Of a stretch of DNA of 64,000 nt, positions 18,862 to 30,693 are shown piece by piece. Each line of letters opens with the position of its first letter. Position 1 is the first letter of the stretch. Origin of the DNA: Polyangiales bacterium (lineage in GTDB: Bacteria; Myxococcota_A; Polyangia; Polyangiales; Polyangiaceae); the NCBI GenBank assembly GCA_038230375.1, contig JBBRNJ010000034.1, positions 1-64,000 on the forward strand, in the 5' to 3' direction. Below the pieces are notes generated by a model. The model did not search any database. It was given only the letters and a program-made list of their open reading frames with translations, and was not told the DNA's origin. The position numbers and the translations under genes were made by a program.

Positions 18862-20466
18862 CTAGAAGTTGTCGGTGAGGCCGGTTCCGCCTAGCTGGCG
18901 ATCGTGCGGCTTGGCCGAGCTCGGCGGCGGTGGATTCTTCCCGCTGGTCGTCGGTGGCCTCTGCGTCTTGCCAGAGCCCGCGAGAGCGCTCGGTGTCCCA
19001 GCGGTTGTCGCGCTTGTCTGTGCGGCAACGGAGGCAACCGGGGCGGCGCTTGCGGAGGCGCTCCCCACTGCGCCCGGCACCGCGTTTTCGCTGGGCACCG
19101 CCGTGGGAACCAAGACGTCCGTCGTCGTTGTCATGGCACTCGTTGCTGCTGCTGCGCCTTGGCTTGCGAGGACGCTCTTCAGCTTCGCGCGGGCAAGCCA
19201 CACGCCGCCGCCTCCGAGCAGGAGAAGGACGAGCACGATGGCGCCGACGATCGCAAATGCCGCTCGGGAACCGTTGCCGCTCGGTTCCGTGCGCGACTCG
19301 AATGACACGCCGGCGCTCGTCCTGGGAGAGACCTGCTGCGGCGGCCACGAGTTGTGGGGCGCCCCGGTCACGGCCTGCGCGCCAGTGACACCCGGCGCAT
19401 TCGAATAGCTCGGCGCGAGCGGCCTCATCGCAGGGCCTGGCGGCGGGGCGGACGGCGGCAACACCACGGTGGCCGCGGGCTGGGCCAGGGAGCCTCGGTC
19501 GTTCGTGGGAATGATTGCCAGCTGCGCGAACGGAAGATTGCGCTGCTCGAGATCGGGGAACATGCGTGTGAGCGCCGCGCGTACGGCCCGCATGTGCGGA
19601 GGTCGCCCGTTCGGATCGCGCGCGAGCATGCTCGCCACCAGATCGTCCAGATCGCGCGACACGTCCGCGATCTTCTGCGACAGGCGCGGCGCGTCGCTCA
19701 TGACGATGCGGAGGATCGTCTGCTCGTACGTGGGCATGTTCGGATGGGGCGCCTCGCCCGTGATGAGCTCGAACACCACCGCGCCGAGCGAGTAGACATC
19801 CGTGCGCAGATCGAGCGTATCCAGGCCCTGCGCTTGCTCGGGCGACATGTACTGGGGCGTGCCGAGCACCGCGCCAGCGCGCGTGATGCCCGGGTCCAGT
19901 CCCTCTTCGTTCGCGTCGCGCACGAGCTTTGCGATGCCGAAGTCCACGAGCTTGACGACGGCGCGACCATCCTGCTTCTCGCACACGAAGACGTTCGCGG
20001 GCTTCAGATCACGATGGATGATTCCGGCGTCGTGTGCGCGCTCCAGCCCGAGCGCAGCCTGGAATGCGATGAGCGATGCATCGAGCACGCTCACGCGCTT
20101 GCCGCCTTCAAGCAGGACCGCGAGGTCCTTGCCACGAAGCAGCTCCATGACCAGGAACAGACCGTGAACGGGGTCCTCGCCCGCGTCGAACACCTGCACG
20201 ATGTGATCGCTCTCGAGCGCGCCCGTGCTCCGCGCTTCACGCTTCAAGCGGGCGGCGATCTGCGGGCTCTGTGCGTGCACGGCGCTCACGAACTTCACGG
20301 CGACGTGCTTGCCGACCTCGACGTGCTCGCACTCGTACACGCCGCCCATGCCACCTTCGCCGAGCAGCCGGAGCACCTTGTAGCGCTCCTTGATCACGGT
20401 CCCGATGAGGTCCGTTCCTTTTTCGCCACCGGCGGTCATCTGCAGCGGAAGGCTAGCACCGGTCAC
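18862..20466 (-). CDS. Membrane Ser/Thr protein kinase
   Basis: LGEGGMGGVY, VAVK, HRDLKPAN, DFG, GTPQYMSPEQ; TM helix and Ala/Pro/Thr tail. GTG start overlaps the upstream stop (alternative ATG at 20439). Confidence 0.93.
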   Translation of the reverse strand: MTGASLPLQMTAGGEKGTDLIGTVIKERYKVLRLLGEGGMGGVYECEHVEVGKHVAVKFVSAVHAQSPQIAARLKREARSTGALESDHIVQVFDAGEDPVHGLFLVMELLRGKDLAVLLEGGKRVSVLDASLIAFQAALGLERAHDAGIIHRDLKPANVFVCEKQDGRAVVKLVDFGIAKLVRDANEEGLDPGITRAGAVLGTPQYMSPEQAQGLDTLDLRTDVYSLGAVVFELITGEAPHPNMPTYEQTILRIVMSDAPRLSQKIADVSRDLDDLVASMLARDPNGRPPHMRAVRAALTRMFPDLEQRNLPFAQLAIIPTNDRGSLAQPAATVVLPPSAPPPGPAMRPLAPSYSNAPGVTGAQAVTGAPHNSWPPQQVSPRTSAGVSFESRTEPSGNGSRAAFAIVGAIVLVLLLLGGGGVWLARAKLKSVLASQGAAAATSAMTTTTDVLVPTAVPSENAVPGAVGSASASAAPVASVAAQTSATTAGTPSALAGSGKTQRPPTTSGKNPPPPSSAKPHDRQLGGTGLTDNF

Positions 20467-22370
20467 GGAAACAGGTAGACGGCGCCTGCGTTTGGCGTGG
20501 AGAAGTCGACCTGGTCGCCGTTGATCCCCGTGGCCTTGCTTGGCTCTCCGTAGGCGCCTACCGCCAGCTGGGTCCCGTCGCCCGACATCGCGAGGACGTA
20601 GCCGAACAGGCCCTGTTGCTGGGAGTTGGACGCCTTCGCGTAGGTCTGCTGGGACCACCCGCCGTTCTTCTTGTCGAAGACGTAGGCCGCGCCCGACGAA
20701 GGATGTGAGCTGTCACTCTGGTCGCCGCCGACACCGAGTGAGCTCCCCGACTCGCCGTATGAGCCCACCGCGAGGATGGTGCCGTCTCCGGAGAGACCCA
20801 CCGCCGAACCGAAAAGGGCGCTGGTGCGCGTGTTCGACGCCTTGACGTAGGCCTCTTGCGTCCATGCGTTGCCCCCGCGCGCGTAGACGTAGACCGCGCC
20901 CGAGTACGACTGGGACGTGTCGTTCTGATTCCCGTTCACTCCTCGGGCCCCACTGGCCTCGCCGTACGCGCCCACGGCCAGAGTGTTGCCGTTCGTGGAG
21001 AGCGCGATGGAGTAACCGAAGATCGCATTGGTGCGCGTATTGGATGCCTTCACGTACGCCTGCTGGCCCCACGAGCCGCCGTTGCGCGTGTAGATGTACG
21101 CTGCGCCAGAGCTGGGCGCAGACGTGTCGCTCTGGTTTCCGTTGATGCCGTTGGCGGCGCTGGGCTCAGCATACGCGCCCACACCAAGCGTCGTTCCGTC
21201 GCCTGAGAGGGCGAGCGCATAGCCGAATCCAGCGTTGGCGCGCGGGTTCGACGCCTTGATGTAAGCCTGCTGCACCCAGCTCCCGCCGCTGCGCTGGAAG
21301 ACGTAGACGGCGCCCGAGTACGACTGGGACGTGTCGTTCTGGTTACCGTTGATACCGGCGGAGCCGCTGGATTCGGCATACGAACTGACGGCGAACGTCG
21401 CGCCGTCCCCGGACACGGTGACCGTCTCCCCGAAGAGCGCGTTCGGGCGCGTATTGGATGCCTTCACGTACGCGTCCTGCGACCAGGTGGTGCCGCTGCG
21501 CGTGAAGACGTACGCGGCGCCAGCCTGCTGCGCCGAGTTGTCGCTCTGGTTGCCGCCGATGCCCTTGGTCGCGCTCGCCTCGCCGCTTGCACCGACAATG
21601 AGCGTGTCGCCGTTGTCGGAGAGCGCAACGGAACTACCGAACGTTGCGTTTGCACGCGTGTTGGAGGCCTTGACGTACGCCTGCTGTTTCCAGTCGAGTG
21701 AGCTGTGTACGAAGATGTAGACCGCGCCAGCGCCCTTCGCGGTGGTGTCGCCCTGGTTGCCGTTGATGCCCTGCGAGAAGCTGGACTCGCCTGACGCGCC
21801 GATGGCAAGCGTGGAGCCATCTCTGGAGATCGCGACGGAGGTGCCGAACAAGGCGTCTTTCGCGGTGTTGGAGGCCTTCACGTAGGCGCCCTGCATCGCC
21901 GGCACTAGCAGCGTGTAGTGACGCACCGATTGCTTGGGCGGAGTGACGGCAATGTCGATGACGTTCGGCGCGACCGACGCTCTGGTGAATGCGTTGGACG
22001 GGAATCCAGAGCCCACCGGAGAGCCCGCGATGACGACGTTGGTGCCAGCGCTGGTGGTGGGCGTCACCGTGAAGCTGGTAGTGCCGAGCACGCTGACGCT
22101 GGGCGTGGCGGTGAACAGGTATGTGTCCTGATCGAACCCCGGCGTGATCGGACCGATCGACGTGGTGAGTCCGAGGAGACCCTCCTTGGGTGGCGCTACC
22201 GCTGCATCTCGCGCGGTGGTGGATGACGACGTGGGGCTGGGAGTGCCAGCATCCGTCGCGGGCAGCTCCACGATCCCGAGCACCTCGTTGCAACCCGCGC
22301 TCGTGAAGCAGCACGCAACCGCCAGCACCAGAGCAACGAGCGCCGCGAGGGCGTGCGATAGCGTGCGCAT
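20463..22370 (-). CDS. Lipoprotein with cadherin-like beta-sandwich and seven FG-GAP/integrin-alpha-like repeats
   Basis: AGC lipobox; seven copies of YxKASN...FG.S..LS.DG.TL.VGA..E...GA.YVF, with a measured 207-bp (69-aa) spacing for the first repeats. Confidence 0.88.
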   Translation of the reverse strand: MRTLSHALAALVALVLAVACCFTSAGCNEVLGIVELPATDAGTPSPTSSSTTARDAAVAPPKEGLLGLTTSIGPITPGFDQDTYLFTATPSVSVLGTTSFTVTPTTSAGTNVVIAGSPVGSGFPSNAFTRASVAPNVIDIAVTPPKQSVRHYTLLVPAMQGAYVKASNTAKDALFGTSVAISRDGSTLAIGASGESSFSQGINGNQGDTTAKGAGAVYIFVHSSLDWKQQAYVKASNTRANATFGSSVALSDNGDTLIVGASGEASATKGIGGNQSDNSAQQAGAAYVFTRSGTTWSQDAYVKASNTRPNALFGETVTVSGDGATFAVSSYAESSGSAGINGNQNDTSQSYSGAVYVFQRSGGSWVQQAYIKASNPRANAGFGYALALSGDGTTLGVGAYAEPSAANGINGNQSDTSAPSSGAAYIYTRNGGSWGQQAYVKASNTRTNAIFGYSIALSTNGNTLAVGAYGEASGARGVNGNQNDTSQSYSGAVYVYARGGNAWTQEAYVKASNTRTSALFGSAVGLSGDGTILAVGSYGESGSSLGVGGDQSDSSHPSSGAAYVFDKKNGGWSQQTYAKASNSQQQGLFGYVLAMSGDGTQLAVGAYGEPSKATGINGDQVDFSTPNAGAVYLFP

Positions 22371-22960
22371 CAGAAGTCACCCCGGACGAAGACGGTACTT
22401 CCGTTGGTGCCGACCTGCGGGGCGGCGCTGGGAGCGGTGAGCCAGATCACGAGACCCGTGGCCGCGAGCACGCCGCCGGTGATCAGCATGCCAGTGGCCA
22501 GGTTGCCATCACGGATCGCGTGCGTCGAGTCGGTGTTGCGCAGCTCGCCGGCCTCGTTGGTGGCGGCGTCGTACCTGCCCTTGGCCTGCACGGCGACGCC
22601 CGTCCCCACGCCAAGGCCCACCGCGCCCACGCCGACGAGCATGAAGCCAACGATGCGCCGCGCGCTCCAGTAAGAGCCAAGCGCGGGATCGGGAGTCGAG
22701 GTCGGGGTCGGGGTCGGGGTCGAGGTCGGGGTCGAGGTTGGGGTTGGGGTCGAGGTCGGGGTCGAGGTCGAGGTCGAGGTCGGGGTCGGGGTCGAGGTCG
22801 AGGTCGGGGTCGAGGTCGAGGTCGAGGTTGGGGTCGAGGTCGGGGTCGAAGTCGGGGTCACTGTGGCGTCTGCGGCGTGCGCGCGTGGCAGGCTCTGCAT
22901 GGTGCAAAGCACGCACAGGGCGCTGGCGACAAACTTGGACTTCGACCGCGACGATCTCAT
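22370..22960 (-). CDS. Secreted/membrane protein: signal peptide, Thr-Pro/Thr-Ser repeat, PEGA-protein-type hydrophobic C-terminus
   Basis: RAHA signal; (TP/TS)n; GVGAVGLGVG...GGVLAATGLVIWLTAP...VRGDF; stop overlaps the next ATG. Confidence 0.7.
   Translation of the reverse strand: MRSSRSKSKFVASALCVLCTMQSLPRAHAADATVTPTSTPTSTPTSTSTSTPTSTSTPTPTSTSTSTPTSTPTPTSTPTSTPTPTPTSTPDPALGSYWSARRIVGFMLVGVGAVGLGVGTGVAVQAKGRYDAATNEAGELRNTDSTHAIRDGNLATGMLITGGVLAATGLVIWLTAPSAAPQVGTNGSTVFVRGDF
22695..22856 (+). repeat. Hexamer array (GTCGAG/GTCGGG/GTTGGG)x27, translated on the minus strand as Thr-Ser/Thr-Pro
   Basis: 27 consecutive 6-bp units read from the sequence. Confidence 0.95.
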
Positions 22961-23088
22961 TGGGCGCAAACCTTGGCTCCGGCGAGTACGCAATGCCCGA
23001 GCCAACCTAGCCCGACAACGGAAATCAGGCCAGCTGTGGCGAGATCACCCCACTGACCGAAGGAAAGAGTGGGGCGCGAAGGCCACGT

Positions 23089-25371
23089 CTAGAGGTGTGC
23101 TCCCAGCTCGTGCAGCAGGAACCCGTAGATGTCCGCGTCCTCCTCGATCTCTGCGGCGAGCGGCGTTCCTATGCCGTGGCCCGTCCCGTCGCTCGTGCGG
23201 AGCAGCACCGGGCGCTTGTTGCCGCTCGAGGTCGCGGCCTCCTGCAGGCGCGCAGTGAACTTGCGCGAGTGATACGGATCCACGCGCGGGTCGTTCGCGC
23301 CCGTGAGCATCAGCACCGACGGGTACGTCGCGACGTCCTTCGTGTTGTGGAACGGGGAGTACGCGAAGAGCGCCTTCCACTCCGGCTCCTTCGTCACGGT
23401 GCCGAACTCCGTCACGTTGAACGCGCCGTTGGGGGAGAGCTCTACACGGAGCATGTCGTAGATGCCCACGAGCGACACGACGGCTCGCGCCGCCTCGGGG
23501 TGCTGCGTGAGCGTGGCGCCCATGAGAAGCCCGCCGTTGGAGCCGCCCATGATCGCGAGCCTGTCGGGGCTCGTCCACTTGCTCGCCACCAGGTACGTCT
23601 CGCAGGCGTAGAAGTCATCGAAGACATTTTGCTTCTTCGTCAGGTTGCCGGACGTGTGCCACTCCTCACCGAACTCGCCGCCGCCGCGAATGTTCGCCTC
23701 CGCGACGATGCCGCCCGCGTCGAGAAATAGCCTTGAAATTGCCCTGAATCGTGGCTTACGGCTCACGGCGTATCCGCCGTAGCCAGTGAGCATGGTCGGG
23801 TTCCGCCCGTCTGCTTGCAGGGTCTTCTTCTTCAGGATGTTGATCGGGATCTTCGTGCCGTCCTTGGACGTGCACTGCTCGCGCGACACGTCCACGTTAT
23901 CCATCTTCGCGGGTGTGGTCTGGAAGAGCGCGGTCTTCACGGCCATCTTCTTCTTCGCGTCCCAGCGGTAGTACGCGGGCGGCTCGGTGTAGCTCTGCGC
24001 GCGGTAGATCAGGTCGTCACCTGCGTTGGTGCGCACGACCTCTGACACGGAGGACACCTTCGGCAGCGCGATCTCCTGCGGCGGCGCGGTGGTCGCGAGA
24101 TCGCCGAGCGCGTAGGCGCGCAGACGCGAAGGTCCGCCCAGGAGCTCGCCCACGTAGAGCGTGTGCGCGGTCGCGGTGAACTGCTCGATCGTGCCGTCAC
24201 CCTGCTTCACGACGACCTTGGGCGCCTTGTAAGGGCGCGCGATGCGGAGGATCTGGCCACGCGGTGCATTCGCGCGCGACAGCACGTAGAGCGCGTTGTC
24301 CGCGCCGAAGAACGCGTCTGCCCACTTGTCCTCGAACTTCGAGAGCTGCGCGGGCTTTCCGTCGGCGCCGATCACGAAGTGCTCGGCCTCGCCGCCGTCG
24401 CCGTTCGCCACGGCAATGAGCACGGCCCCGCCGTCCGGGCTGGCCTGCATCGCGATCTCGGCGATGCGCGGCAGCTCCTTGCCCAGCACGTACGTGTCCT
24501 TGTCCTCCGTGGTGCCGAGCTTGTGGAAGTAGACCTGCTGATAGAACTCGGTGTCGGCCTTGGGTCGCTCGCTCTCGCGCGGGTAGCGCGTGTAGTAGAA
24601 ACCCGTTCCGTCCTTGTTCCAGCTGGCGCTGCCGCCCGCGGTTCCGTTCTGCACGTGGGTGACCTTGTCGTCGCGCACCTTGCCGGTCGCCGCTTCGTAC
24701 ACGGACAGGTCACCGCGCTCCGAGCCACCCGTGGAGAGCGAGACCGCGACGAGCTTGCCGTCGCGCGAGGCGGAGAACCAGTCGATCGTGGTGCCGCCCG
24801 TGGCGTCGAGCGCGTTCGGATCCAGGACCACCTTCTCGGTCTTGGGGTCGTCCAGCGAGCCGAGCGTCACGAGCAGCGCCTGCTGCTTCGGGGGCGCGTT
24901 CTTCATCGCGAACCACGTCCCGCCGGCGTTGATGAGGTCGTTGAAGCTGGAGCTGCGTTGCGTGAGCAGCTCCGATGCGCGTGCGCGTGCCTGCGCGCGC
25001 TCCGGCCAGGCGTCGAGCACCGTACGTGTGAACGCGTTCTCGTCCTGGCTCCACTGCTTCACCGCGGGGTCCTTCGAGTCCTCGAGCCACTCGTAGTCGT
25101 CCTTCACGGTGACACCGAAGTACGCGTGCGTGACGGGCTTCTTCGCGGCCACTGGCGCGTGCGGACCTTGCGGTACGACGACGCTCGCGGACGGCGCCGC
25201 GGACACCAGGGGTGGAGGCGGTGCGCTCATCACGGGCGGCGGGCTCTTCACCGTGGGCTCGTCGCCACCGCACGCAGCGACTCCGATCGCGACGCCAAAC
25301 GCGCCAAGACCGAACGCAACAGCATGCAGAACGAGGGAGGAATCGCGGCCGAGCACCAACATAGGTTTCAT
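23089..25371 (-). CDS. Prolyl oligopeptidase (S9A) lipoprotein
   Basis: DDYEWLED, GYGGY, NIRGGGEFGEEWH, GGSNGGLL, NDPRV, GHG. Confidence 0.95.
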   Translation of the reverse strand: MKPMLVLGRDSSLVLHAVAFGLGAFGVAIGVAACGGDEPTVKSPPPVMSAPPPPLVSAAPSASVVVPQGPHAPVAAKKPVTHAYFGVTVKDDYEWLEDSKDPAVKQWSQDENAFTRTVLDAWPERAQARARASELLTQRSSSFNDLINAGGTWFAMKNAPPKQQALLVTLGSLDDPKTEKVVLDPNALDATGGTTIDWFSASRDGKLVAVSLSTGGSERGDLSVYEAATGKVRDDKVTHVQNGTAGGSASWNKDGTGFYYTRYPRESERPKADTEFYQQVYFHKLGTTEDKDTYVLGKELPRIAEIAMQASPDGGAVLIAVANGDGGEAEHFVIGADGKPAQLSKFEDKWADAFFGADNALYVLSRANAPRGQILRIARPYKAPKVVVKQGDGTIEQFTATAHTLYVGELLGGPSRLRAYALGDLATTAPPQEIALPKVSSVSEVVRTNAGDDLIYRAQSYTEPPAYYRWDAKKKMAVKTALFQTTPAKMDNVDVSREQCTSKDGTKIPINILKKKTLQADGRNPTMLTGYGGYAVSRKPRFRAISRLFLDAGGIVAEANIRGGGEFGEEWHTSGNLTKKQNVFDDFYACETYLVASKWTSPDRLAIMGGSNGGLLMGATLTQHPEAARAVVSLVGIYDMLRVELSPNGAFNVTEFGTVTKEPEWKALFAYSPFHNTKDVATYPSVLMLTGANDPRVDPYHSRKFTARLQEAATSSGNKRPVLLRTSDGTGHGIGTPLAAEIEEDADIYGFLLHELGAHL

Positions 25372-25410
25372 GGGCCCGGCACTATACACGAGGTATAGTG
25401 AAGCTCGATC

Positions 25411-27747
25411 ATGCGTGCGCTCATCGTCGCCGGCGAGAGACGTCCCATCGGCGAGCTGGGCGCGCACCTCGTTGCACAAGGCTACGAGGTCACGTTCGTC
25501 GCCGCCGATGCCGAGGACCTGCTCACCCACGGCCGCGATGCCAGCCTCATCTTCCTCGATCTGCGCGACGGGGTCGCCACGGCGGAGCTCGGCTGCACGC
25601 GGCTCGAGGCGCTCGGGGACAACGCGCCGTTCAAGGTCCTCTACGGCGACGTACTTGCGCTACAGGCCGCGGAGCACCTGCTCGATGGAAAGGCCACGGC
25701 GTTCCTCGTTCCCGACGCGCCGCTGAACCACGTTCGCCTTCGCGCGTTCGCTGGCAGCATCAAGGCACGGAGTCACATCGCAGCCGTCTTCGTTGAACTC
25801 ACGGAATCTCACGCGCAGATCACCTCGATGGTGGACTCGTTGCAGGAGGGCATCCTGGTGCAGACGCGCACAGGTGAGGTGGTTCGTACCAATGCTGCCG
25901 CGCGCCGGATCCTCGGACTGTCCGCCGAGGACGTCATGGCCCGTCGCTGGCGTGGGCCCGGATGGTCCATGACTCACATGGACGGAACGCCGCTCGCCAA
26001 GGAAGAGGTCCCATCGCTCGTCTGCCTCCGTACGGGGACGGCCTCGCGCGATTTCCAGATGCGGATGGTCCGGCCAGACGGGACCGCGTTCGCGATCTCG
26101 GTCAACGTCGAGCCCGTGTTCTCGGACGACTCTGGCCTGCCCACCACGGTGGTCTCGTCCGTCACCGACATCACCGACCGGCAGCAGCAAGAGGACGCGC
26201 TGCGCAAGCTCCTCGACCGCGTGAACGATGCCGTGCTCATCCACCGCGAGGGCACGATGCTCTTCATGAACACGCACTGGGCGACGCTGGTGGGCGCGGC
26301 TGATCGTCACGCGTCCATCGGGATGAAGATCCTGGACCGCGTGTCGCCGGAGACCCGACCGATCATCGCGCAGCGGCTGGAAGATGCTGGTAACGGAGCA
26401 CCCGCACCCCCGCGTGAGCTTCCCTTCCACCGCCCAGACGGGTCGGTGGTCACTGCGCTCGTTCACACGTTCCCGACCATCTTCGAGGGCAAGCCAGCGC
26501 TGCTCACCTACGCGCGCGACGTCAGCGAGCGGCGGTCGCTCGAGGCGAAGCTCATTGCGTCCAATCGCATGGCTGCGCTCGGGCGGCTCGCAGCCAACGT
26601 GGGGCACGAGATCAACAACCCGCTAGCCTTCCTGGTCGGCAGCGCTGAGCGCGCGCTCTCACAAGTCGTGAGCGGCGAGGCTGCGTCGAACGTGGTGGCG
26701 TCGATCCGGAATGTTCTCGATGGCGCCACGCGTGTGCAGAGCATCGTGGCCGACCTGAAGGTACTCTCGCGGCCCAGTGCCGAAGCGTCCGGGGCGACCG
26801 ACGTGGCGACAGTCCTCGAGTCGTGCCTTCGCATCGCAGAGCGCGCGATCGCGCAGCGCGCCACGCTGAAGATAAACCTGCTCTCACGCTCACGTGCGCT
26901 CTGCAACGAAGCGCGGATCGGGCAGGTGTTCTTGAACCTGCTCATGAATGCCGCCGAGGCGATCCCTCCGGGCGATCCCGAGCACAACACGATCACGGTC
27001 ACGACAGAGGACCATCCGCCGGATGTGGTCGTCACCATCGCCGACACCGGGGCGGGCATTCCGGCGGAGCACATCGGCAGCATCTTCGAGCCGTTCTTCA
27101 CCACCAAGACAGATGGCCGCGGCACGGGGCTCGGGCTCTCCATCTCGCACTCGCTCGTCACTGCGCAGGGAGGGCGGATCGCCGCCGAGAGCGCCGTCGG
27201 GCACGGCACGCGGATGGTCGTCCATCTTCCGATGGCGGAGGGCGCGGCGCCCGTCACGGCCTCACAACGGAGCGATGCAGCGTCATCCGGCGACGCTGGC
27301 GGGTCCGGGAATGGCGGCCAGCCCGCGCGGCGTCATCGCATCCTGGTTGTCGACGACGAGGTGCAGCTGGGTCGCCTCATCAAGAGCTTCCTCGCCGACT
27401 ACGACGTCACCGTCGCGAACAGCGGCGCGGAAGGGCGCACCAATCTCGACACCCCACCGCCGTTCGATCTCGTCCTGTGTGACCTGATGATGCCGGACGT
27501 GACCGGGATGGACCTCTACGAGCACGTCGAGCGAACGCGCCCGGAGTTGTGCTCGCGGTTCGTGTTCATGACGGGTGGCGCATTCACGTCGCCCGCGGTC
27601 GCCTTCCTGGACGCCGTGACGGCGAAGGGCAACGCGTGCGTGGAGAAGCCCTTCCGGATCGACGGGCTCGTGGCAACGATCGCGGCCAAGCTGGCGGAGC
27701 TGGAGGCGGCGAAAACCTCCGGCGCAGCCACGGGAAAAACGGGCTAA
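25411..27747 (+). CDS. Hybrid sensor histidine kinase (2 PAS, HisKA, HATPase, REC)
   Basis: GHEINNPL, NLLMNA, DTGAGI, EPFFTTK, GTGLGL, ILVVDDE, CDLMMP. Confidence 0.93.
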   Translation: MRALIVAGERRPIGELGAHLVAQGYEVTFVAADAEDLLTHGRDASLIFLDLRDGVATAELGCTRLEALGDNAPFKVLYGDVLALQAAEHLLDGKATAFLVPDAPLNHVRLRAFAGSIKARSHIAAVFVELTESHAQITSMVDSLQEGILVQTRTGEVVRTNAAARRILGLSAEDVMARRWRGPGWSMTHMDGTPLAKEEVPSLVCLRTGTASRDFQMRMVRPDGTAFAISVNVEPVFSDDSGLPTTVVSSVTDITDRQQQEDALRKLLDRVNDAVLIHREGTMLFMNTHWATLVGAADRHASIGMKILDRVSPETRPIIAQRLEDAGNGAPAPPRELPFHRPDGSVVTALVHTFPTIFEGKPALLTYARDVSERRSLEAKLIASNRMAALGRLAANVGHEINNPLAFLVGSAERALSQVVSGEAASNVVASIRNVLDGATRVQSIVADLKVLSRPSAEASGATDVATVLESCLRIAERAIAQRATLKINLLSRSRALCNEARIGQVFLNLLMNAAEAIPPGDPEHNTITVTTEDHPPDVVVTIADTGAGIPAEHIGSIFEPFFTTKTDGRGTGLGLSISHSLVTAQGGRIAAESAVGHGTRMVVHLPMAEGAAPVTASQRSDAASSGDAGGSGNGGQPARRHRILVVDDEVQLGRLIKSFLADYDVTVANSGAEGRTNLDTPPPFDLVLCDLMMPDVTGMDLYEHVERTRPELCSRFVFMTGGAFTSPAVAFLDAVTAKGNACVEKPFRIDGLVATIAAKLAELEAAKTSGAATGKTG

Positions 27748-27760
27748 GAGGGCCTTTCCC

Positions 27761-29383
<1,623 letters not shown>

Positions 29384-29384
29384 C

Positions 29385-29430
29385 AAAAGGATAACGGCGC
29401 CGCCGGAGCTACCTCCATGCGACGCCGTCC
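29385..29430 (-). terminator. Intrinsic terminator between convergent genes
   Basis: Minus strand ACGGCGTCGC..GGAG-GTAG-CTCC.GCGGCGCCGT followed by TATCCTTTTG. Confidence 0.6.
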
Positions 29431-29445
29431 ACGCGAGCGCGAGAG

Positions 29446-29802
29446 CTACTTCTTGTCTTGAGAGAGGTCTTCCTTCTCGAGACGGTCGAGCTCTTTCTTG
29501 TAGTTCGCGTTGCTGATCTCGGCCTTCGCCGTGCTGTCGTCCGACTCGGTGCTGGGGCGCCCGTTCGGGTCCGTCACCACGCCGGGGATGTTCGCCGCAG
29601 GAGCCATGGCCACGGCCGCGGGCGGCGTGTCCGACGTTGCAGCTGCCGAAGCCGCCGCAGTGTCCGTGCTCGCAGACGCAGACGCGGCTGCAACGCCGCC
29701 TTCCGCGGTCGCATCGCCGCCCTTCTTGGGGCAGCCGGCAAGGGCGAGCGCGAACAACGAGGAGACTCCAAGCACAAGGACAGCGGACATGAGCTTCTTC
29801 AT
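29446..29802 (-). CDS. Small hypothetical lipoprotein
   Basis: MKKLMS start overlapping the upstream stop; LAGC lipobox; AEISNANYKKELDRLEKE tail. Confidence 0.75.
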   Translation of the reverse strand: MKKLMSAVLVLGVSSLFALALAGCPKKGGDATAEGGVAAASASASTDTAAASAAATSDTPPAAVAMAPAANIPGVVTDPNGRPSTESDDSTAKAEISNANYKKELDRLEKEDLSQDKK

Positions 29803-30653
29803 TGCGCACCTCCCGACGCTGCGGGCGCCGGTGCGCCGCCAGCTGCCACGAACTGCACCGGAATGTACTTCTGGTGCGACCATTGCCTGTATTCTGCACC
29901 CTTCGCGGTCTTGGCCTTGATCACCGTCGCCGCCCAGATGCCGCCCTTGCCCGGGTGGAACTTCGCCCAGCGCGGATCGTTCGCGGCGAACGTGCAGTTG
30001 CCGTCCAGACCGTAGTGCTTGCCGGCCGCGTCGTAGTTGACGAGCGCGTGCGCGCCGCCTTCGCTGGCCACGCAGTAGTACTCGTTCGGTGCGGCCCCGC
30101 CGCCTGGCGTCACCGTGATCGTGAGCGCGGAGCCGATCGGGATCTGTGCGCCGGGGGCTGGCGCTGCGATCGACGGAGCCGCGGCGATCGGCGGCAGCGA
30201 AGGGGCGAGCTCGGCCAGGTACGCGAAGAAGTGCGCGTCGATCTTGTGGAGGTGGGCGTCTGTACGCGCGACCGTCGCCGCGTCGGCGCTGTCCTCAGCG
30301 AGCTCTCGCACCCGCAGCGTGCGATACGCGCGATGCCAGTGGTTCGTCACGGCCCGGTGCACGTCGGGCGTGCGCACGAGCCCCTTGAGGAGCGTGTTCT
30401 CCTTCTCGACCGTCTCCGCGACGTACTTCCGACGAAAGGCCCTCTGATCCTTCGTCTCCGCCGGGCCTGCGTCCGGGTGATTGTGTGGCGCGGATGCGGA
30501 CGGACTGGCGGGGGTCATGGCGGGCGCGGCCGAAGCCATCCCGATGGGTGGAGGTGCGCCGGGACCAGCCGACGGTGCGGCACCTGCCGCGAGGGCGGCG
30601 GGCGCGAGGAGCGTGGCGACTCCCCCGATCAGCAACTTGAGACTTCTACGCAT
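29799..30653 (-). CDS. Hypothetical secreted protein
   Basis: MRRSLKLL signal, GGGGAG RBS, Pro/Ala linker, helical domain then beta domain. Confidence 0.7.
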   Translation of the reverse strand: MRRSLKLLIGGVATLLAPAALAAGAAPSAGPGAPPPIGMASAAPAMTPASPSASAPHNHPDAGPAETKDQRAFRRKYVAETVEKENTLLKGLVRTPDVHRAVTNHWHRAYRTLRVRELAEDSADAATVARTDAHLHKIDAHFFAYLAELAPSLPPIAAAPSIAAPAPGAQIPIGSALTITVTPGGGAAPNEYYCVASEGGAHALVNYDAAGKHYGLDGNCTFAANDPRWAKFHPGKGGIWAATVIKAKTAKGAEYRQWSHQKYIPVQFVAAGGAPAPAASGGAQ

Positions 30654-30693
30654 GGAATGTTCTCCCCTTCGGGTTGGTACGGACGCGACCGTA

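Noticed and set aside
20480..21900. ~207-bp DNA repeats as a non-coding repeat element
   Set aside because: They are fully explained by the seven FG-GAP protein repeats.
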